A stretch of DNA of 64,000 bases, from the NCBI GenBank assembly GCA_963814375.1, contig CAWFCQ010000008.1:233297-297296 (forward strand), read 5' to 3'. The notes beneath the pieces were generated by a model. The model searched no databases and had not been told where the DNA came from. It was given only the letters and a program-made list of their open reading frames with translations. Of the stretch, positions 11,507 through 21,472 are shown in pieces. The stretch is from an uncultured Chloroflexia bacterium (GTDB lineage Bacteria; Chloroflexota; Limnocylindria; QHBO01). Each line of letters opens with the position of its first letter. Positions within the stretch are counted from its first letter, which is position 1. A program made the position numbers and the translations under genes.

Positions 11507-13561
11507 TTGACCGAAGAGACGAAGCAGCCGACCACGCGCGGTGACGACGACACAGCCGTGACCGTCGCGGAGCAGCCGGAGGCGCCGATCGCCGAGGAGA
11601 CCGATACGGCAGAGACGCCGACGGCAGAGGCGATCGTTGACCAGGCCGTCGAGGCCCCACCCGCCGACGCAAGCGAGCCCAGTGCGCCGGAGCCAGCCGA
11701 GGCACCGGAGGCCGCAGAGGCACCGCAGGCGGCAGAGGCACCGCTGGCGGCAGAGGCACCACAGGCCGCCGACGACGTGCAGGCCGAGGCACCGGCCACA
11801 GAACCGGCTCAGCTCGAGGTCGGCGAGGCCGTCCCGACATCCACCGACGAATCCAGCGCCGATGCCGCGGCGGATCCCGTGACCCCGCCGGCTGACGTGG
11901 ATGAGACGGTTGCGGTGCCCGTCGAGGCACCGGACGCCGAGGCTCCGGCTGCGACGTCCGAGTCCTCCGAGTCCTCCGAGGCAGACGCTTCGGAACCGGT
12001 CGCTGAGCCACTTCCCGAGCCCACGACGATGGCCGAGTTCCTCGACCACCCCGACCACGAAGTGAAGAGCCTGAAGCATGGCGACGTGGTCGAGGGCACC
12101 GTGGTTCGCATCGACCCGGACGAGATCCTCGTCGACTTCGGCGGCAAGAGCGAGGGCGTCGTCAGCAACCGCGAGCTCATGAACCGACGGGGCCCGCGCG
12201 ACGGCGAAGAGAGCCGCCCGGAGATCCAGGTCGGCAGCGAGGTGCTCGTCTACGTCCTCCAGCCCGAGTCGCCTGAAGGCCACGCAGTCCTGTCGCTCCG
12301 TCGCGCCGGTCTCGAGCGCAAGTGGCGCTCGATGCAGGAGCGCTTCGACGCCGGCGAGATCGTCGAGGCCCGCGTCATCGACCACAACAAGGGCGGCCTC
12401 ATCGTCGACCTCGGGGTGCGCGGCTTCGTGCCGATCAGCCAGATCGTCGACTTCCCACGCCGCCCGCGCGATGAGCAGCCACGGGACGCCGCGCAGGAGA
12501 TCGCGGAGAAGCTCCAGCCGTTCGTCAACCGCACCCTTCGCCTCAAGATCCTCGAAGTCAATCGCAAGGCGAACCGGCTCATCCTCTCGGAGAAGGTCGC
12601 CCTCTACGAGGAGCGCCGCGAGAAGCGCGACGAGCTGTTCAGCAGCCTCGAGACCGGCCAGAAGGTCACGGGCGTCGTCCGCTCGATCGCGCCGTTCGGC
12701 GTCTTCGTCGACCTCGGCGGGATCGACGGTCTCGTGCACAAGAGCGAGCTCTCCTGGAACAAGGTCAACAATCCGGAGACCGCGTACCAGATCGGCGACG
12801 AGGTAGAGGCCGAGGTCATCGACATCAACCACGAGCGTGGCCGCATCAGCCTCTCCATCCGCCGCCTCCAGCCCGATCCGTGGCAGGAGTCGGTCGCGAA
12901 GTACAAGATCGGCGACGTCATCGATGGAACGGTCACGAAGCTCGTGAACTTCGGCGCGTTCGTCCGCGTCGAGGAGGGGCTCGAGGGCCTGATCCACATC
13001 AGCGAGCTCTCCCACCAGCGCGTGGCTCACCCGGGCGACGTCGTCCAGGAGGGGCAGGAGGTGAAGCTGCGCATCATCAGCCTGGACTCGGAGCGCCATC
13101 GGCTCGGCCTCAGCCTCAAGCAGGCCGAGGACCGCCCGGCGCCGGCGCCGCGCGAGGAGCGTCCGCGACGCGACCGTGCGCCACGGCGCGATCGCTTCGA
13201 GTATCGGCCGGAGGATGCGACAGCCGAGCCGGAGGGCGGCATCGACAACACGATGGCCGCTGCCTTTGCCAGCTCCGGGCTCCTCGACCAGTTCCGCTCT
13301 TCCGACGAGGAGCCGGCCGCTCCCGCCGAGCCCTCCACCGCCGAGGCATCGACCGCCGTGGCCGATGAGACCGAGCAGGTGACCGACGAGGACGCGCCAG
13401 CCGCCGAGCCCGAGGCGACCGCGGAGGTAGCCGCCGAGCCGGAGGCGACCGCCGAGGCAGCCGCTGAGCCAGCGGCCGAGGCCGAGGCGACCGCCGAGGC
13501 AGCCGACGAGCCCGCCGACCGCCGAGGCAGCCGCCGAGCCCGAGCCCGCGCCAGCGGCTGA
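11507..13561 (+). CDS. rpsA: 30S ribosomal protein S1 with a long acidic Ala/Pro/Glu-rich N-terminal extension and a repetitive C-terminal tail
   Basis: Four S1 OB-fold repeats (GDVVEGTVVRID, GEIVEARVIDHNKGGLIVDL, GQKVTGVVRSIAPFGVFVDL, GDVIDGTVTKLVNFGAFVRV). TTG 11507 follows AGGAG (11491-11495). ATG 12030 is an alternative start. The C-terminal frame is uncertain (see findings). Confidence 0.85.
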   Translation: MTEETKQPTTRGDDDTAVTVAEQPEAPIAEETDTAETPTAEAIVDQAVEAPPADASEPSAPEPAEAPEAAEAPQAAEAPLAAEAPQAADDVQAEAPATEPAQLEVGEAVPTSTDESSADAAADPVTPPADVDETVAVPVEAPDAEAPAATSESSESSEADASEPVAEPLPEPTTMAEFLDHPDHEVKSLKHGDVVEGTVVRIDPDEILVDFGGKSEGVVSNRELMNRRGPRDGEESRPEIQVGSEVLVYVLQPESPEGHAVLSLRRAGLERKWRSMQERFDAGEIVEARVIDHNKGGLIVDLGVRGFVPISQIVDFPRRPRDEQPRDAAQEIAEKLQPFVNRTLRLKILEVNRKANRLILSEKVALYEERREKRDELFSSLETGQKVTGVVRSIAPFGVFVDLGGIDGLVHKSELSWNKVNNPETAYQIGDEVEAEVIDINHERGRISLSIRRLQPDPWQESVAKYKIGDVIDGTVTKLVNFGAFVRVEEGLEGLIHISELSHQRVAHPGDVVQEGQEVKLRIISLDSERHRLGLSLKQAEDRPAPAPREERPRRDRAPRRDRFEYRPEDATAEPEGGIDNTMAAAFASSGLLDQFRSSDEEPAAPAEPSTAEASTAVADETEQVTDEDAPAAEPEATAEVAAEPEATAEAAAEPAAEAEATAEAADEPADRRGSRRARARASG

Positions 13562-13863
13562 GGAGGCGACCGCAGAGGCAGCCGCCGAGCCAGCCGCCGC
13601 CGAGGCCGAGACGACCGCCGAGGCAGCGACCGAGGACGAGCCGAAGGCCTGACCCGCGGCCATGTGGCCGCGCAACTGGCTGTCACGGACAAGGGGAGCT
13701 GCCCTCGGGCGAGCTCCCCTCGTCGCGTCTCCGGGCGGAACGATGATCGAAATCGTGCCGTCAACCGTATGAAAGGCACGGTACGAAAGGCGTGCCCGGC
13801 CGCAGCGGCCGGCCGCACAGGTGCCGTAAACTGCGAAGCAGACCACCACAGGGCCTGGCGACC

Positions 13864-16350
13864 ATGGATCGATTCGACAAGTTCACCGATCGAGCGCGGA
13901 AGGTGCTGACGCTCGCCCAGGACGAGGCGCAGCGCTTCAACCACAACTACATCGGTACCGAGCACCTCCTCCTCGGCCTCGTGCGCGAGGGTGAGGGCGT
14001 CGCGGCGCGCGTGCTCGAGAACATGAACGTCGAGCTGTCCAAGGTCCGCACCGCCGTCGAGTTCATCATCGGGCGCGGCGACCGGCCGGTGGTCGGCGAG
14101 GTGGGGCTCACGCCGCGCGCCAAGCGCGTCATCGAGCTCGCCATCGACGAGGCCCGACGGCTCGGGCACAACTACATCGGCACCGAGCACCTGCTGCTCG
14201 GCCTCGTGCGCGAGGGAGAGGGGATCGCGGCCGGCGTGCTCGAGAGCCTCGGAGTCAACCTCGACAAGGTCCGGCACCAGGTCATCCACGTCCTGAGCCA
14301 GTCGAGCAGCACCGCGCCCGCCCAGGAGACGAAGCGGCCGTCGAAGACACCGACCCTCGACCAGCTCGGCATCAACCTGACCGATGCGGCACGCGCCGGC
14401 ACCCTCGACCCGGTCATCGGGCGCGAGAAGGAGATCGAGCGGGTCATCCAGATCCTCGGCCGCAAGACGAAGAACAACCCGGCCCTCATCGGCGAGCCCG
14501 GGGTGGGCAAGACGGCGATCGCCGAGGCGCTGGCCCAGCGGATCGTGGCCGGCGACGTGCCGGAGACCCTGACCGACAAGCGGGTCCTGACCCTCGACAT
14601 CGGCTCGCTGGTGGCGGGCACGAAGTACCGCGGCGAGTTCGAGGAGCGGCTCAAGAAGATCATCGAGGAGCTGCGCAGCAGCCACGACAGCGTTCTCTTC
14701 ATCGACGAGCTGCACACGCTCGTGGGCGCGGGCGCGGCCGAGGGAGCGATCGATGCGGCGAACATCCTCAAGCCGCCGCTGTCGCGCGGCGAGCTCCAGT
14801 GCATCGGCGCCACGACGCTCGACGAGTACCGCAAGTACATCGAGAAGGACGCGGCGCTCGAGCGCCGGTTCCAGCCCGTCATGGTCGACGAGCCGACGGT
14901 CGACGAGGCCATCGACATTCTCTTCGGGATCCGCGAGCGCTACGAGGAGCACCACCACGTCAAGATCAGCGACGAGGCGCTGCGCTCCGCGGTCGACCTG
15001 AGCGTCCGCTACGTCGCGGATCGCGCCCTGCCCGACAAGGCGATCGACCTGGTCGACGAGGCGGGATCGCGGGTTCGCCTGCGCAACGCATCGGCGCCGG
15101 CGGAGATCAAGACGGCCCAGCTCGCGCTGGAGGAGGTCACGCAGCGCAAGGACGAGGCGATCGCCGGCCAGGACTACGAGGCGGCCGCCCGGCTGCGCGA
15201 CGAGGAGGGGCAGGCCAAGGAGGCGATCGAGCAGCTGCGCGAGAAGTGGCACGCCGACCAGTCGAAGGAGACGCCGGTCGTCACCGACGAGGACATCGCC
15301 CAGGTCGTCAGCATGTGGACCGGCATCCCGGTCATCCGGATCAGCGCCGAGGAGTCGGAGCGCCTCCTGCACATGGAGGACGCCATCCATGGCCGCGTCA
15401 TCGGCCAGCAGGAGGCGATCGCGACGATCAGCAAGGCGGTGCGAAGGGCGCGCGCCGGACTCAAGGATCCGAAGCGGCCGATCGGCTCCTTCATCTTCAT
15501 GGGCCCGACGGGCACCGGTAAGACGCTGCTGGCGCGGGCGCTCGCCGAGTTCCTGTTCGGCTCGGAGGACGCGCTCATCAAGATCGACATGAGCGAGTTC
15601 ATGGAGCGCCACAACGTGTCGCGCCTGGTCGGCGCCCCGCCCGGCTACGTCGGCTACGACGAGGGCGGCCAGCTGACCGAGGCGGTGCGGCGCAAGAGCT
15701 ACTCGGTCGTCGTCCTCGACGAGATCGAGAAGGCGCACCCCGAGGTCTTCAACATCCTCCTCCAGATCCTGGAGGACGGGCACCTGACCGATGCCAAGGG
15801 GCGCCGCGTCGACTTCCGCAACACGGTCATCATCATGACCAGCAACATCGGCGCGCAGCAGATGCAGCGCGACTCGTCGATCGGGTTCCGCGCCGGCGCG
15901 GCCGGGGAGGCCGCCCAGGCTGCCGCGGACTACGACCGCATGAAGGAGAAGGTGCTCGGCGAGCTGAAGAACACCTTCCGGCCGGAGTTCCTGAACCGCA
16001 TCGACGCCACCGTGGTCTTCCGATCGCTCACCCGGGAGGAGATCCGCGAGATCGTCGACCTGCTCCTGAAGCGGGTGAAGGACCAGCTCGCCGGCCAGGA
16101 GATGGAGCTCCAGGTCACCGATGCGGCCAAGGACGCCATCATCGTCAAGGGCTACGACCAGGCCTACGGCGCCCGTCCGCTGCGGCGCGAGATCCAGAAC
16201 CAGATCGAGGATCCGCTGGCCGAGCGGATGCTGCAGGCGAGCTTCGAGCCGGGCGACACGATCATCGTCGACGCCGGCCCGGAGGGCGAGCTCACGATCG
16301 AGCGTGCCGCGCCGCCGGCGAAGCGCCAGGCCGCCAAGGCCGGGCGATAA
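13864..16350 (+). CDS. clpC: ATP-dependent Clp protease ATP-binding subunit ClpC (class III AAA+ chaperone)
   Basis: [39 protein letters not shown] (duplicated Clp_N repeat). Two Walker A motifs, GEPGVGKT and [12 protein letters not shown]-like segment [12 protein letters not shown]. Confidence 0.95.
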   Translation: MDRFDKFTDRARKVLTLAQDEAQRFNHNYIGTEHLLLGLVREGEGVAARVLENMNVELSKVRTAVEFIIGRGDRPVVGEVGLTPRAKRVIELAIDEARRLGHNYIGTEHLLLGLVREGEGIAAGVLESLGVNLDKVRHQVIHVLSQSSSTAPAQETKRPSKTPTLDQLGINLTDAARAGTLDPVIGREKEIERVIQILGRKTKNNPALIGEPGVGKTAIAEALAQRIVAGDVPETLTDKRVLTLDIGSLVAGTKYRGEFEERLKKIIEELRSSHDSVLFIDELHTLVGAGAAEGAIDAANILKPPLSRGELQCIGATTLDEYRKYIEKDAALERRFQPVMVDEPTVDEAIDILFGIRERYEEHHHVKISDEALRSAVDLSVRYVADRALPDKAIDLVDEAGSRVRLRNASAPAEIKTAQLALEEVTQRKDEAIAGQDYEAAARLRDEEGQAKEAIEQLREKWHADQSKETPVVTDEDIAQVVSMWTGIPVIRISAEESERLLHMEDAIHGRVIGQQEAIATISKAVRRARAGLKDPKRPIGSFIFMGPTGTGKTLLARALAEFLFGSEDALIKIDMSEFMERHNVSRLVGAPPGYVGYDEGGQLTEAVRRKSYSVVVLDEIEKAHPEVFNILLQILEDGHLTDAKGRRVDFRNTVIIMTSNIGAQQMQRDSSIGFRAGAAGEAAQAAADYDRMKEKVLGELKNTFRPEFLNRIDATVVFRSLTREEIREIVDLLLKRVKDQLAGQEMELQVTDAAKDAIIVKGYDQAYGARPLRREIQNQIEDPLAERMLQASFEPGDTIIVDAGPEGELTIERAAPPAKRQAAKAGR

Positions 16351-16442
16351 GCGCCGCGTAAGGGCGCGGTAACCGGTCCGATGTCACGATAGACGCGGAC
16401 CGCGTCCGAGTCGTCATCAACCAGCCCCGCCTGAGGCTCCGA

Positions 16443-17816
16443 GTGCCCGCCGTCAAGACCGCCTACCTGTGCCAGCAGTGCGGCGCAGCGTCGCCCAAAT
16501 GGGCCGGTCAGTGCCCCGGCTGCGGAGCGTGGAACACCCTCGTCGAGACGGTCGCTGCCCCGAGCGCCTCCCGCAGCCGGCCATCGTCGGCGGCGCGTGC
16601 CATGGCGGGGCTCGCTGCGGTGACTCCCATCGGCGCCGTCACCAGCGCAGAGGCTGACCGGCTTCGCTCCGGGATCGGCGAGGTGGACCGCGTGCTCGGC
16701 GGAGGCTTCGTCCCCGGCTCGATCGCCCTCTTCGGCGGCGATCCGGGCATCGGCAAGTCGACGCTGCTGCTTCAGCTGGCGGGGCGGCTGGCGGAAGGCG
16801 GTGGCTCGGTGCTGTACGTCACCGGCGAGGAGTCCGCCGCACAGGTCCGTGGGCGTGCCGAGCGCATCGGCGCCGTGGTCGACGGGCTCCAGCTGGCGGC
16901 GACCACAGATCTCGAGACCGCGCTCGCGGCGATCGACGCCAGCAAGCCGGCGCTGGCGGTGGTGGACAGCGTTCAAACGCTCACCAGCGCCGAGCTCAGC
17001 GGGCCGGCCGGCAGCGTGGGTCAGGTTCGCGAGGTGGCCGCACGCCTGGCGGAAGCGGCGAAGACGAGCGGCACCTGCGTCGCGCTCGTCGGCCATGTCA
17101 CAAAGGAGGGAACGGTCGCCGGTCCTCGCACCCTCGAGCATCTCGTCGATGCCGTCATCTACCTCGAGGGGGAGCGGCTCGGCGCGACGCGCCTGCTCCG
17201 TGCGGCGAAGAACCGGTATGGCTCGACCGACGAGGTCGGGGTGCTCGAGATGCGTGGCGACGGCCTGGCCGAGGTGGACGACGCGAGCCGGTTCTTCCTC
17301 GAGTCGGACGAGTCGCCGACCGCGGGTGCGGCGATCACGATCGCCCTGGAGGGGACCCGGCCCCTGGCGGTCGAGATCCAGGCGCTCTGCGCGCCCGCTG
17401 GCTACGGCTCCCCTCGTCGTGCGACCACCGGAATCGACGTCAATCGCGTCCTCATGCTGATCGCGGTGCTGGCCCGCCACGCCGGCCTGAACCTCACCGG
17501 CCACGACGTGTACGTCAATGTGGCCGGCGGCCTGCGGATCGACGAGCCCGCCGCGGACCTCGCCGTGGCCACGGCCCTCGCCTCGAGCCTGCGTGAGCGA
17601 CCGGTCGTCGCCGCCACGGTGCTGGCGGGGGAGGTTGCCCTCTCCGGACGCCTTCGCGCGGCCGCGCGCGCCGAGCGTCGCCTGCTCGAGGCCACGCGCC
17701 TCGGGTTCGATCGGCTCATCACGGGCCCGACCCGTGGCGGGGAGAACGACGGGCGGCGCGGGCTGGCGGTGGCCCGCGACATTCGCGAGGCGCTCGGCGT
17801 GGCGCTGGAGACCTGA
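16443..17816 (+). CDS. radA: DNA repair protein RadA/Sms
   Basis: N-terminal zinc finger YLCQQCGAASPKWAGQCPGCGAWNT, Walker A GGDPGIGKST, KNRYG motif and a Lon-like C-terminal domain. Confidence 0.95.
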   Translation: MPAVKTAYLCQQCGAASPKWAGQCPGCGAWNTLVETVAAPSASRSRPSSAARAMAGLAAVTPIGAVTSAEADRLRSGIGEVDRVLGGGFVPGSIALFGGDPGIGKSTLLLQLAGRLAEGGGSVLYVTGEESAAQVRGRAERIGAVVDGLQLAATTDLETALAAIDASKPALAVVDSVQTLTSAELSGPAGSVGQVREVAARLAEAAKTSGTCVALVGHVTKEGTVAGPRTLEHLVDAVIYLEGERLGATRLLRAAKNRYGSTDEVGVLEMRGDGLAEVDDASRFFLESDESPTAGAAITIALEGTRPLAVEIQALCAPAGYGSPRRATTGIDVNRVLMLIAVLARHAGLNLTGHDVYVNVAGGLRIDEPAADLAVATALASSLRERPVVAATVLAGEVALSGRLRAAARAERRLLEATRLGFDRLITGPTRGGENDGRRGLAVARDIREALGVALET

Positions 17817-17945
17817 CCCACCCCGTACGATCGTGGACGTCGTGAGGGGCGCGTGCTAAGGTGCACGCCGTCCGGGGCCCGGCCGCTTCATCTCACTTCA
17901 TTCGGGCGGATCCCAGGCTGATCATCCACCGCACTCATCGGGAAC

Positions 17946-18998
17946 ATGAACCGCATCGTTCAGCTCACGGGTGCCCTCCTGGGCACCCTGTTCGGCTTCG
18001 CGCTGGGGCTGGCCCTCCTTCAGCGTGCCGGCGACCTCATCGAACCGGCCAATCGTCCGGCGTTTCTCACCGCGTTCGTGGTGGCGACGCTGCTGTTCGG
18101 CTACCTCGCGATCCCGTACGTGACCATCTATCCGGTCCGGCGTGCGGTCGAGAAGCTGTCGGAGGCCGGCGCCGGCGAGTTCGCCCTCGGCGTTGGCGCG
18201 ATCGTCGTCGGGCTCCTCATGGGCGTCCTCATCGGTGTGCCCCTCGCTCAGGTCGGAGGCACGCTGGGGTCGCTTGGCCCGCCGGTGGTCGCCATCTTCC
18301 TGGCGGCGATGATGCTCATCATCACGATGTCGAAGCGGGACGTCCTGCTTCCTGCCATCACCGGCATCGTGCCCGGCGTGCGACCGCGTGGGATGACGAA
18401 CCGCGTCGTGATCGACACGAGCGCGATCATCGATGGCCGCATCGCCGATATCTCCGCCACCGGCTTCATCCTCGGGACGTTGATCGTGCCGCGGTTCGTG
18501 CTCGACGAGCTCCAGCGCATCGCCGACTCACCTGACGCGATGCGCCGCAACCGCGGACGCCGCGGCCTCGAGATGCTCTCGGCACTTCAGAAGGACGCCG
18601 TCTCGCCGGTCGAGATCAGCGAGGCCACCTACCCCGAGGTCGCGGAGGTGGATGCAAAGCTGATGGCCTACGCGCGCGACAACGGCGCGGCAATCCTCAC
18701 CAACGACTACAACCTCAACAAGGTCGCGGATCTCCAGGGGATTCGCGTCCTGAACATCAACGAGCTTGCCAACGCCGTGAAGTCGGTGGTGCATCCTGGC
18801 GAGGAGATGAGGGTGCGCATCATCCAGGAGGGCAAGGAGACGGGGCAGGGCGTCGGCTATCTCGACGACGGCACGATGATCGTGGTCGAGGGAGGCGTCC
18901 GCTTCATGGACAAGGAGGTCCCGATCAACGTCACGCGCGTCCTTCAGACGGTCGCGGGGCGGATGATCTTCGCGCAGCCTCGCGGCGAGGCGGAGTGA
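17946..18998 (+). CDS. Membrane-anchored PIN/TRAM domain protein (B. subtilis YacL-like)
   Basis: Four N-terminal TM helices, a PIN-like VVIDTSAIIDGRIADI...TNDYNLNKVA, and a TRAM-like C-terminus. Sits after radA as yacL does in Bacillus. Confidence 0.8.
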   Translation: MNRIVQLTGALLGTLFGFALGLALLQRAGDLIEPANRPAFLTAFVVATLLFGYLAIPYVTIYPVRRAVEKLSEAGAGEFALGVGAIVVGLLMGVLIGVPLAQVGGTLGSLGPPVVAIFLAAMMLIITMSKRDVLLPAITGIVPGVRPRGMTNRVVIDTSAIIDGRIADISATGFILGTLIVPRFVLDELQRIADSPDAMRRNRGRRGLEMLSALQKDAVSPVEISEATYPEVAEVDAKLMAYARDNGAAILTNDYNLNKVADLQGIRVLNINELANAVKSVVHPGEEMRVRIIQEGKETGQGVGYLDDGTMIVVEGGVRFMDKEVPINVTRVLQTVAGRMIFAQPRGEAE

Positions 18999-19014
18999 CG
19001 CGGCGCCCGGTCCG

Positions 19015-20214
19015 ATGAGCGGCTCATACGCGGCGATTCTTGTTGCGGCCGGGCGGAGCACGCGGATGGGCAGCGACAAGCTGTGGGCGGACCTGTGGGG
19101 ACGCCCGACCTGGCGCTGGAGCCTCGACACGCTGCTCGCAGCGGCCGAGCTCGAGCGACTCGCGATCGCGGTTCCACCTGAACAGCTTCAACGGTTCACC
19201 GACGCGCTCCCGCCCTCGGCCGATCGATGCCTCGTCGTGGCTGGCGGCGAGGGGCGAGCCGACTCGGTGATCGCGGGCCTATCCGCGTTGAGCGCGGCCG
19301 GCCTGGCGGACGACACCCTCGTGCTCGTCCACGACGCTGCGCGTCCCGCCCTTACGCCAGAGCTCGTCGCGAGCGTCGCCGATGCGGCTGCGGCGTTCGA
19401 CGGAGCGGTCGTCCCCGTCATCCCGGTCGTCGACTCCCTCAAGCGGGTACGGAACGAGCGCGTCGTTGCCCCGGTCGAGCGCGACGAGGTCGCGGCCGCG
19501 CAGACGCCCCAGGCCGCGCGCCTCGGTGCCCTGCGGGCGGCGATCGAGGAGGCGCATGCGTGGGGCCGGCCGATCACCGACGATGGCGGAGCCCTTGCCG
19601 CTGCCGGGGTGCCGGTGCGGGTGGTCGCCGGCGACCCGGCCAACCGCAAGCTGACCGACCCGGCCGATCTCGTGACGATGCGTGCCGCGCTCGCGATGCG
19701 CGCTACCGGCCTCGTGGCGGGGGCGCAGGCCGAAGCGGGCCACCGCGTCGGGATCGGCTTCGACGCTCACCGCCTGGTCGCTGGTCGGCCGATGGTCATC
19801 GGCGGCGTTGCCTTCACCGATGAGGCGCGGGGCCCCGAGGGCCACTCGGACGGCGACGCCGCGCTGCACGCCCTGATCGACGCGCTGCTCGGCGCGGTCG
19901 CGCTCGGTGACGTCGGAACGCTCTTCCCGGCCGGCGAGGCCTGGGCCGGAGCCGACTCGGCGGACCTCACCTCGCACGCGGTGCGGCGCCTGGCCGAGGG
20001 GGGATGGCGCCCGTTCAGCGCGGCGCTCAGCGTCGTGATTCGCCGACCGGCGATCGCTCCGCGCCGCGACGACATCGCGGAGCGCATGGCCGCTCTGCTC
20101 GGGATCGAGGCCGGCGCGGTCTCCGTCACGGGCACCACGTCCGACGGCCTCGGTTTCGCCGGTGAGGAGGGTCTTGCAGCCTGGGCCGTGACAACGGTCG
20201 AGCCGATCGCGTGA
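19015..20214 (+). CDS. ispDF: Bifunctional IspD/IspF (MEP cytidylyltransferase and MEcPP synthase)
   Basis: N-terminal AILVAAGRSTRMG (IspD). C-terminal RVGIGFDAHRL...GHSDGDAALHALIDALLGA (IspF). Confidence 0.93.
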   Translation: MSGSYAAILVAAGRSTRMGSDKLWADLWGRPTWRWSLDTLLAAAELERLAIAVPPEQLQRFTDALPPSADRCLVVAGGEGRADSVIAGLSALSAAGLADDTLVLVHDAARPALTPELVASVADAAAAFDGAVVPVIPVVDSLKRVRNERVVAPVERDEVAAAQTPQAARLGALRAAIEEAHAWGRPITDDGGALAAAGVPVRVVAGDPANRKLTDPADLVTMRAALAMRATGLVAGAQAEAGHRVGIGFDAHRLVAGRPMVIGGVAFTDEARGPEGHSDGDAALHALIDALLGAVALGDVGTLFPAGEAWAGADSADLTSHAVRRLAEGGWRPFSAALSVVIRRPAIAPRRDDIAERMAALLGIEAGAVSVTGTTSDGLGFAGEEGLAAWAVTTVEPIA

Positions 20215-20945
20215 GCGAGTGGATCGGCGGGAGGCGCCCGGTGGCGGAGGCGCTGGCCGCCGGCCGCGAGGCACATCGGCTGCTGATCTCGGCATCGGCC
20301 AGGCCGTCGCCGGAGCTGCGAGCGATCACCGATGCCGCCCGCCGCCTCGGCCTGCCGACGGACCGCGTGCCGGCCGATCAGCTGACCAGGATCGGCGCGT
20401 TTGACGGCCACCAGGGCGTGCTGCTGGAGGTGGGGGAGCGTCGGTTTGCCGACCTGCCCGAGATGCTGGCCACGTCGCGCGCGGCGGGACACGACCCCTT
20501 CGTCCTCGTCCTCGAGCATCTCCAGGACCCGACGAATTTCGGCACCCTCTTGCGCTCGGCCGAGGCCGCCGGGGTGGACGGCGTCGTCTTCCCGGAGCGG
20601 GGAGCGGCCCCGCTCAGCGCGGCCGCGGTCAAGGCCAGCGCCGGGGCCAGCGAGCACTTGCTGCTCGCGCGCCTGCCGACGATCGGCGACGCAATCCATG
20701 ACCTGAAGACCGCGGGGCTGCGGCTCGTGGCCGCCGACCAGGAGGCGCCTGCATCGGCCTGGGAGAGCGACCTCACCGGCCCGATGGCGCTCGTCGTCGG
20801 TAGCGAGGGGAGCGGCCTCTCTGGCGCAACGAAGCGCCGATGCGACCTGCTCGTCAGCTTCCCGATGGCCGGGCGCGTGGCCAGCCTCAACGCATCGACG
20901 GCCGGCGCGCTGCTGCTGTTCGAGGTGGTCCGCCAGCGTCGCTGA
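20211..20945 (+). CDS. rlmB: TrmH/SpoU-family 23S rRNA 2'-O-methyltransferase (RlmB/YacO-like)
   Basis: GRRPVAEAL N-terminal substrate-binding domain. SpoU motifs LEHLQDPTNFGTLLRSAEAAG, ALVVGSEGSGLS and SLNASTAGALLLFE. Confidence 0.85.
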   Translation: MSEWIGGRRPVAEALAAGREAHRLLISASARPSPELRAITDAARRLGLPTDRVPADQLTRIGAFDGHQGVLLEVGERRFADLPEMLATSRAAGHDPFVLVLEHLQDPTNFGTLLRSAEAAGVDGVVFPERGAAPLSAAAVKASAGASEHLLLARLPTIGDAIHDLKTAGLRLVAADQEAPASAWESDLTGPMALVVGSEGSGLSGATKRRCDLLVSFPMAGRVASLNASTAGALLLFEVVRQRR

Positions 20946-20979
20946 GTCCGACCAACGGCGGGATACAATCGCCCGGCGC

Positions 20980-21054
20980 GCCGAGGTAGCTCAATGGCAG
21001 AGCATCGGTTTTGTAAACCGACGGTTGTGGGTTCGACTCCCACCCTCGGCTCCA
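20980..21054 (+). tRNA. tRNA-Thr (anticodon UGU), CCA encoded
   Basis: Acceptor GCCGAGG/CCTCGGC. Anticodon stem TCGGT/ACCGA with loop TTTGTAA. T-loop TTCGACT. Confidence 0.93.
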
Positions 21055-21058
21055 TCGG

Positions 21059-21087
21059 TTGAGGGCCTTCGGAGCCTTCGATATACT
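21059..21087 (+). promoter_or_regulatory. sigma70-like promoter candidate upstream of tRNA-Tyr (TTGAGG-17 nt-TATACT)
   Basis: Hexamers at 21059-21064 and 21082-21087. Motif match only. Confidence 0.35.
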
Positions 21088-21130
21088 CCGGCACTGGGCG
21101 GCGACACACCACGCGCCGGCCGGACCGCAT

Positions 21131-21216
21131 GGGTAGGTTGAGCAGGTGGTGAGCTCCGCTGACTGTAGATCAGCCGTCTTTCGACTGTGGGGGTTCGATT
21201 CCCTCCCTGCCCACCA
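21131..21216 (+). tRNA. tRNA-Tyr (anticodon GUA), long variable arm, CCA encoded
   Basis: Acceptor GGGTAGG/CCTGCCC. Anticodon stem GCTGA/TCAGC with loop CTGTAGA. Type II variable arm. T-loop TTCGATT. Confidence 0.93.
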
Positions 21217-21362
21217 CGCTTCCCATCCGAAGAGCCATCGAGCCGGTCTCATGAACCTCGGCCTGCGACCGAGATTTGCCAAGATTGACCGATGGTTGCC
21301 CAGGATCCGCTGATCCTGCGACACTGCGCGCATCCGCCGACCGCGGTGGCGCGCCGAGGCGG

Positions 21363-21438
21363 GCCCACGTAGCTCAGCAGGCAGAGCACTTCCTTGGTAA
21401 GGAAGAGGTCTCCGGTTCGAACCCGGACGTGGGCTCCA
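21363..21438 (+). tRNA. tRNA-Thr (anticodon GGU), CCA encoded
   Basis: Acceptor GCCCACG/CGTGGGC. Anticodon stem CTTCC/GGAAG with loop TTGGTAA. T-loop TTCGAAC. Confidence 0.93.
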
Positions 21439-21472
21439 GCACCCGTCGCGCCCGGTGTCATGGCCTTCGGAG

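Noticed and set aside
13027-15783. 918-aa ORF on the - strand opposite clpC. Similar giant antisense ORFs occur at 11483-13849, 26848-29832, 30293-32347, 42548-44713, 49168-50871 and 61000-62904.
   Set aside because: Each lies antisense to a gene with unmistakable conserved motifs. Their translations are Arg/Ala/Gly/Asp-rich low-information strings typical of stop-codon-poor shadow frames in GC-rich DNA. No domain-like motifs seen.
21301-21318. Palindrome caggatc-cgct-gatcctg upstream of tRNA-Thr(GGU) as a terminator or operator.
   Set aside because: A 7-bp stem with no U-tract and no second copy. Not distinguishable from chance.
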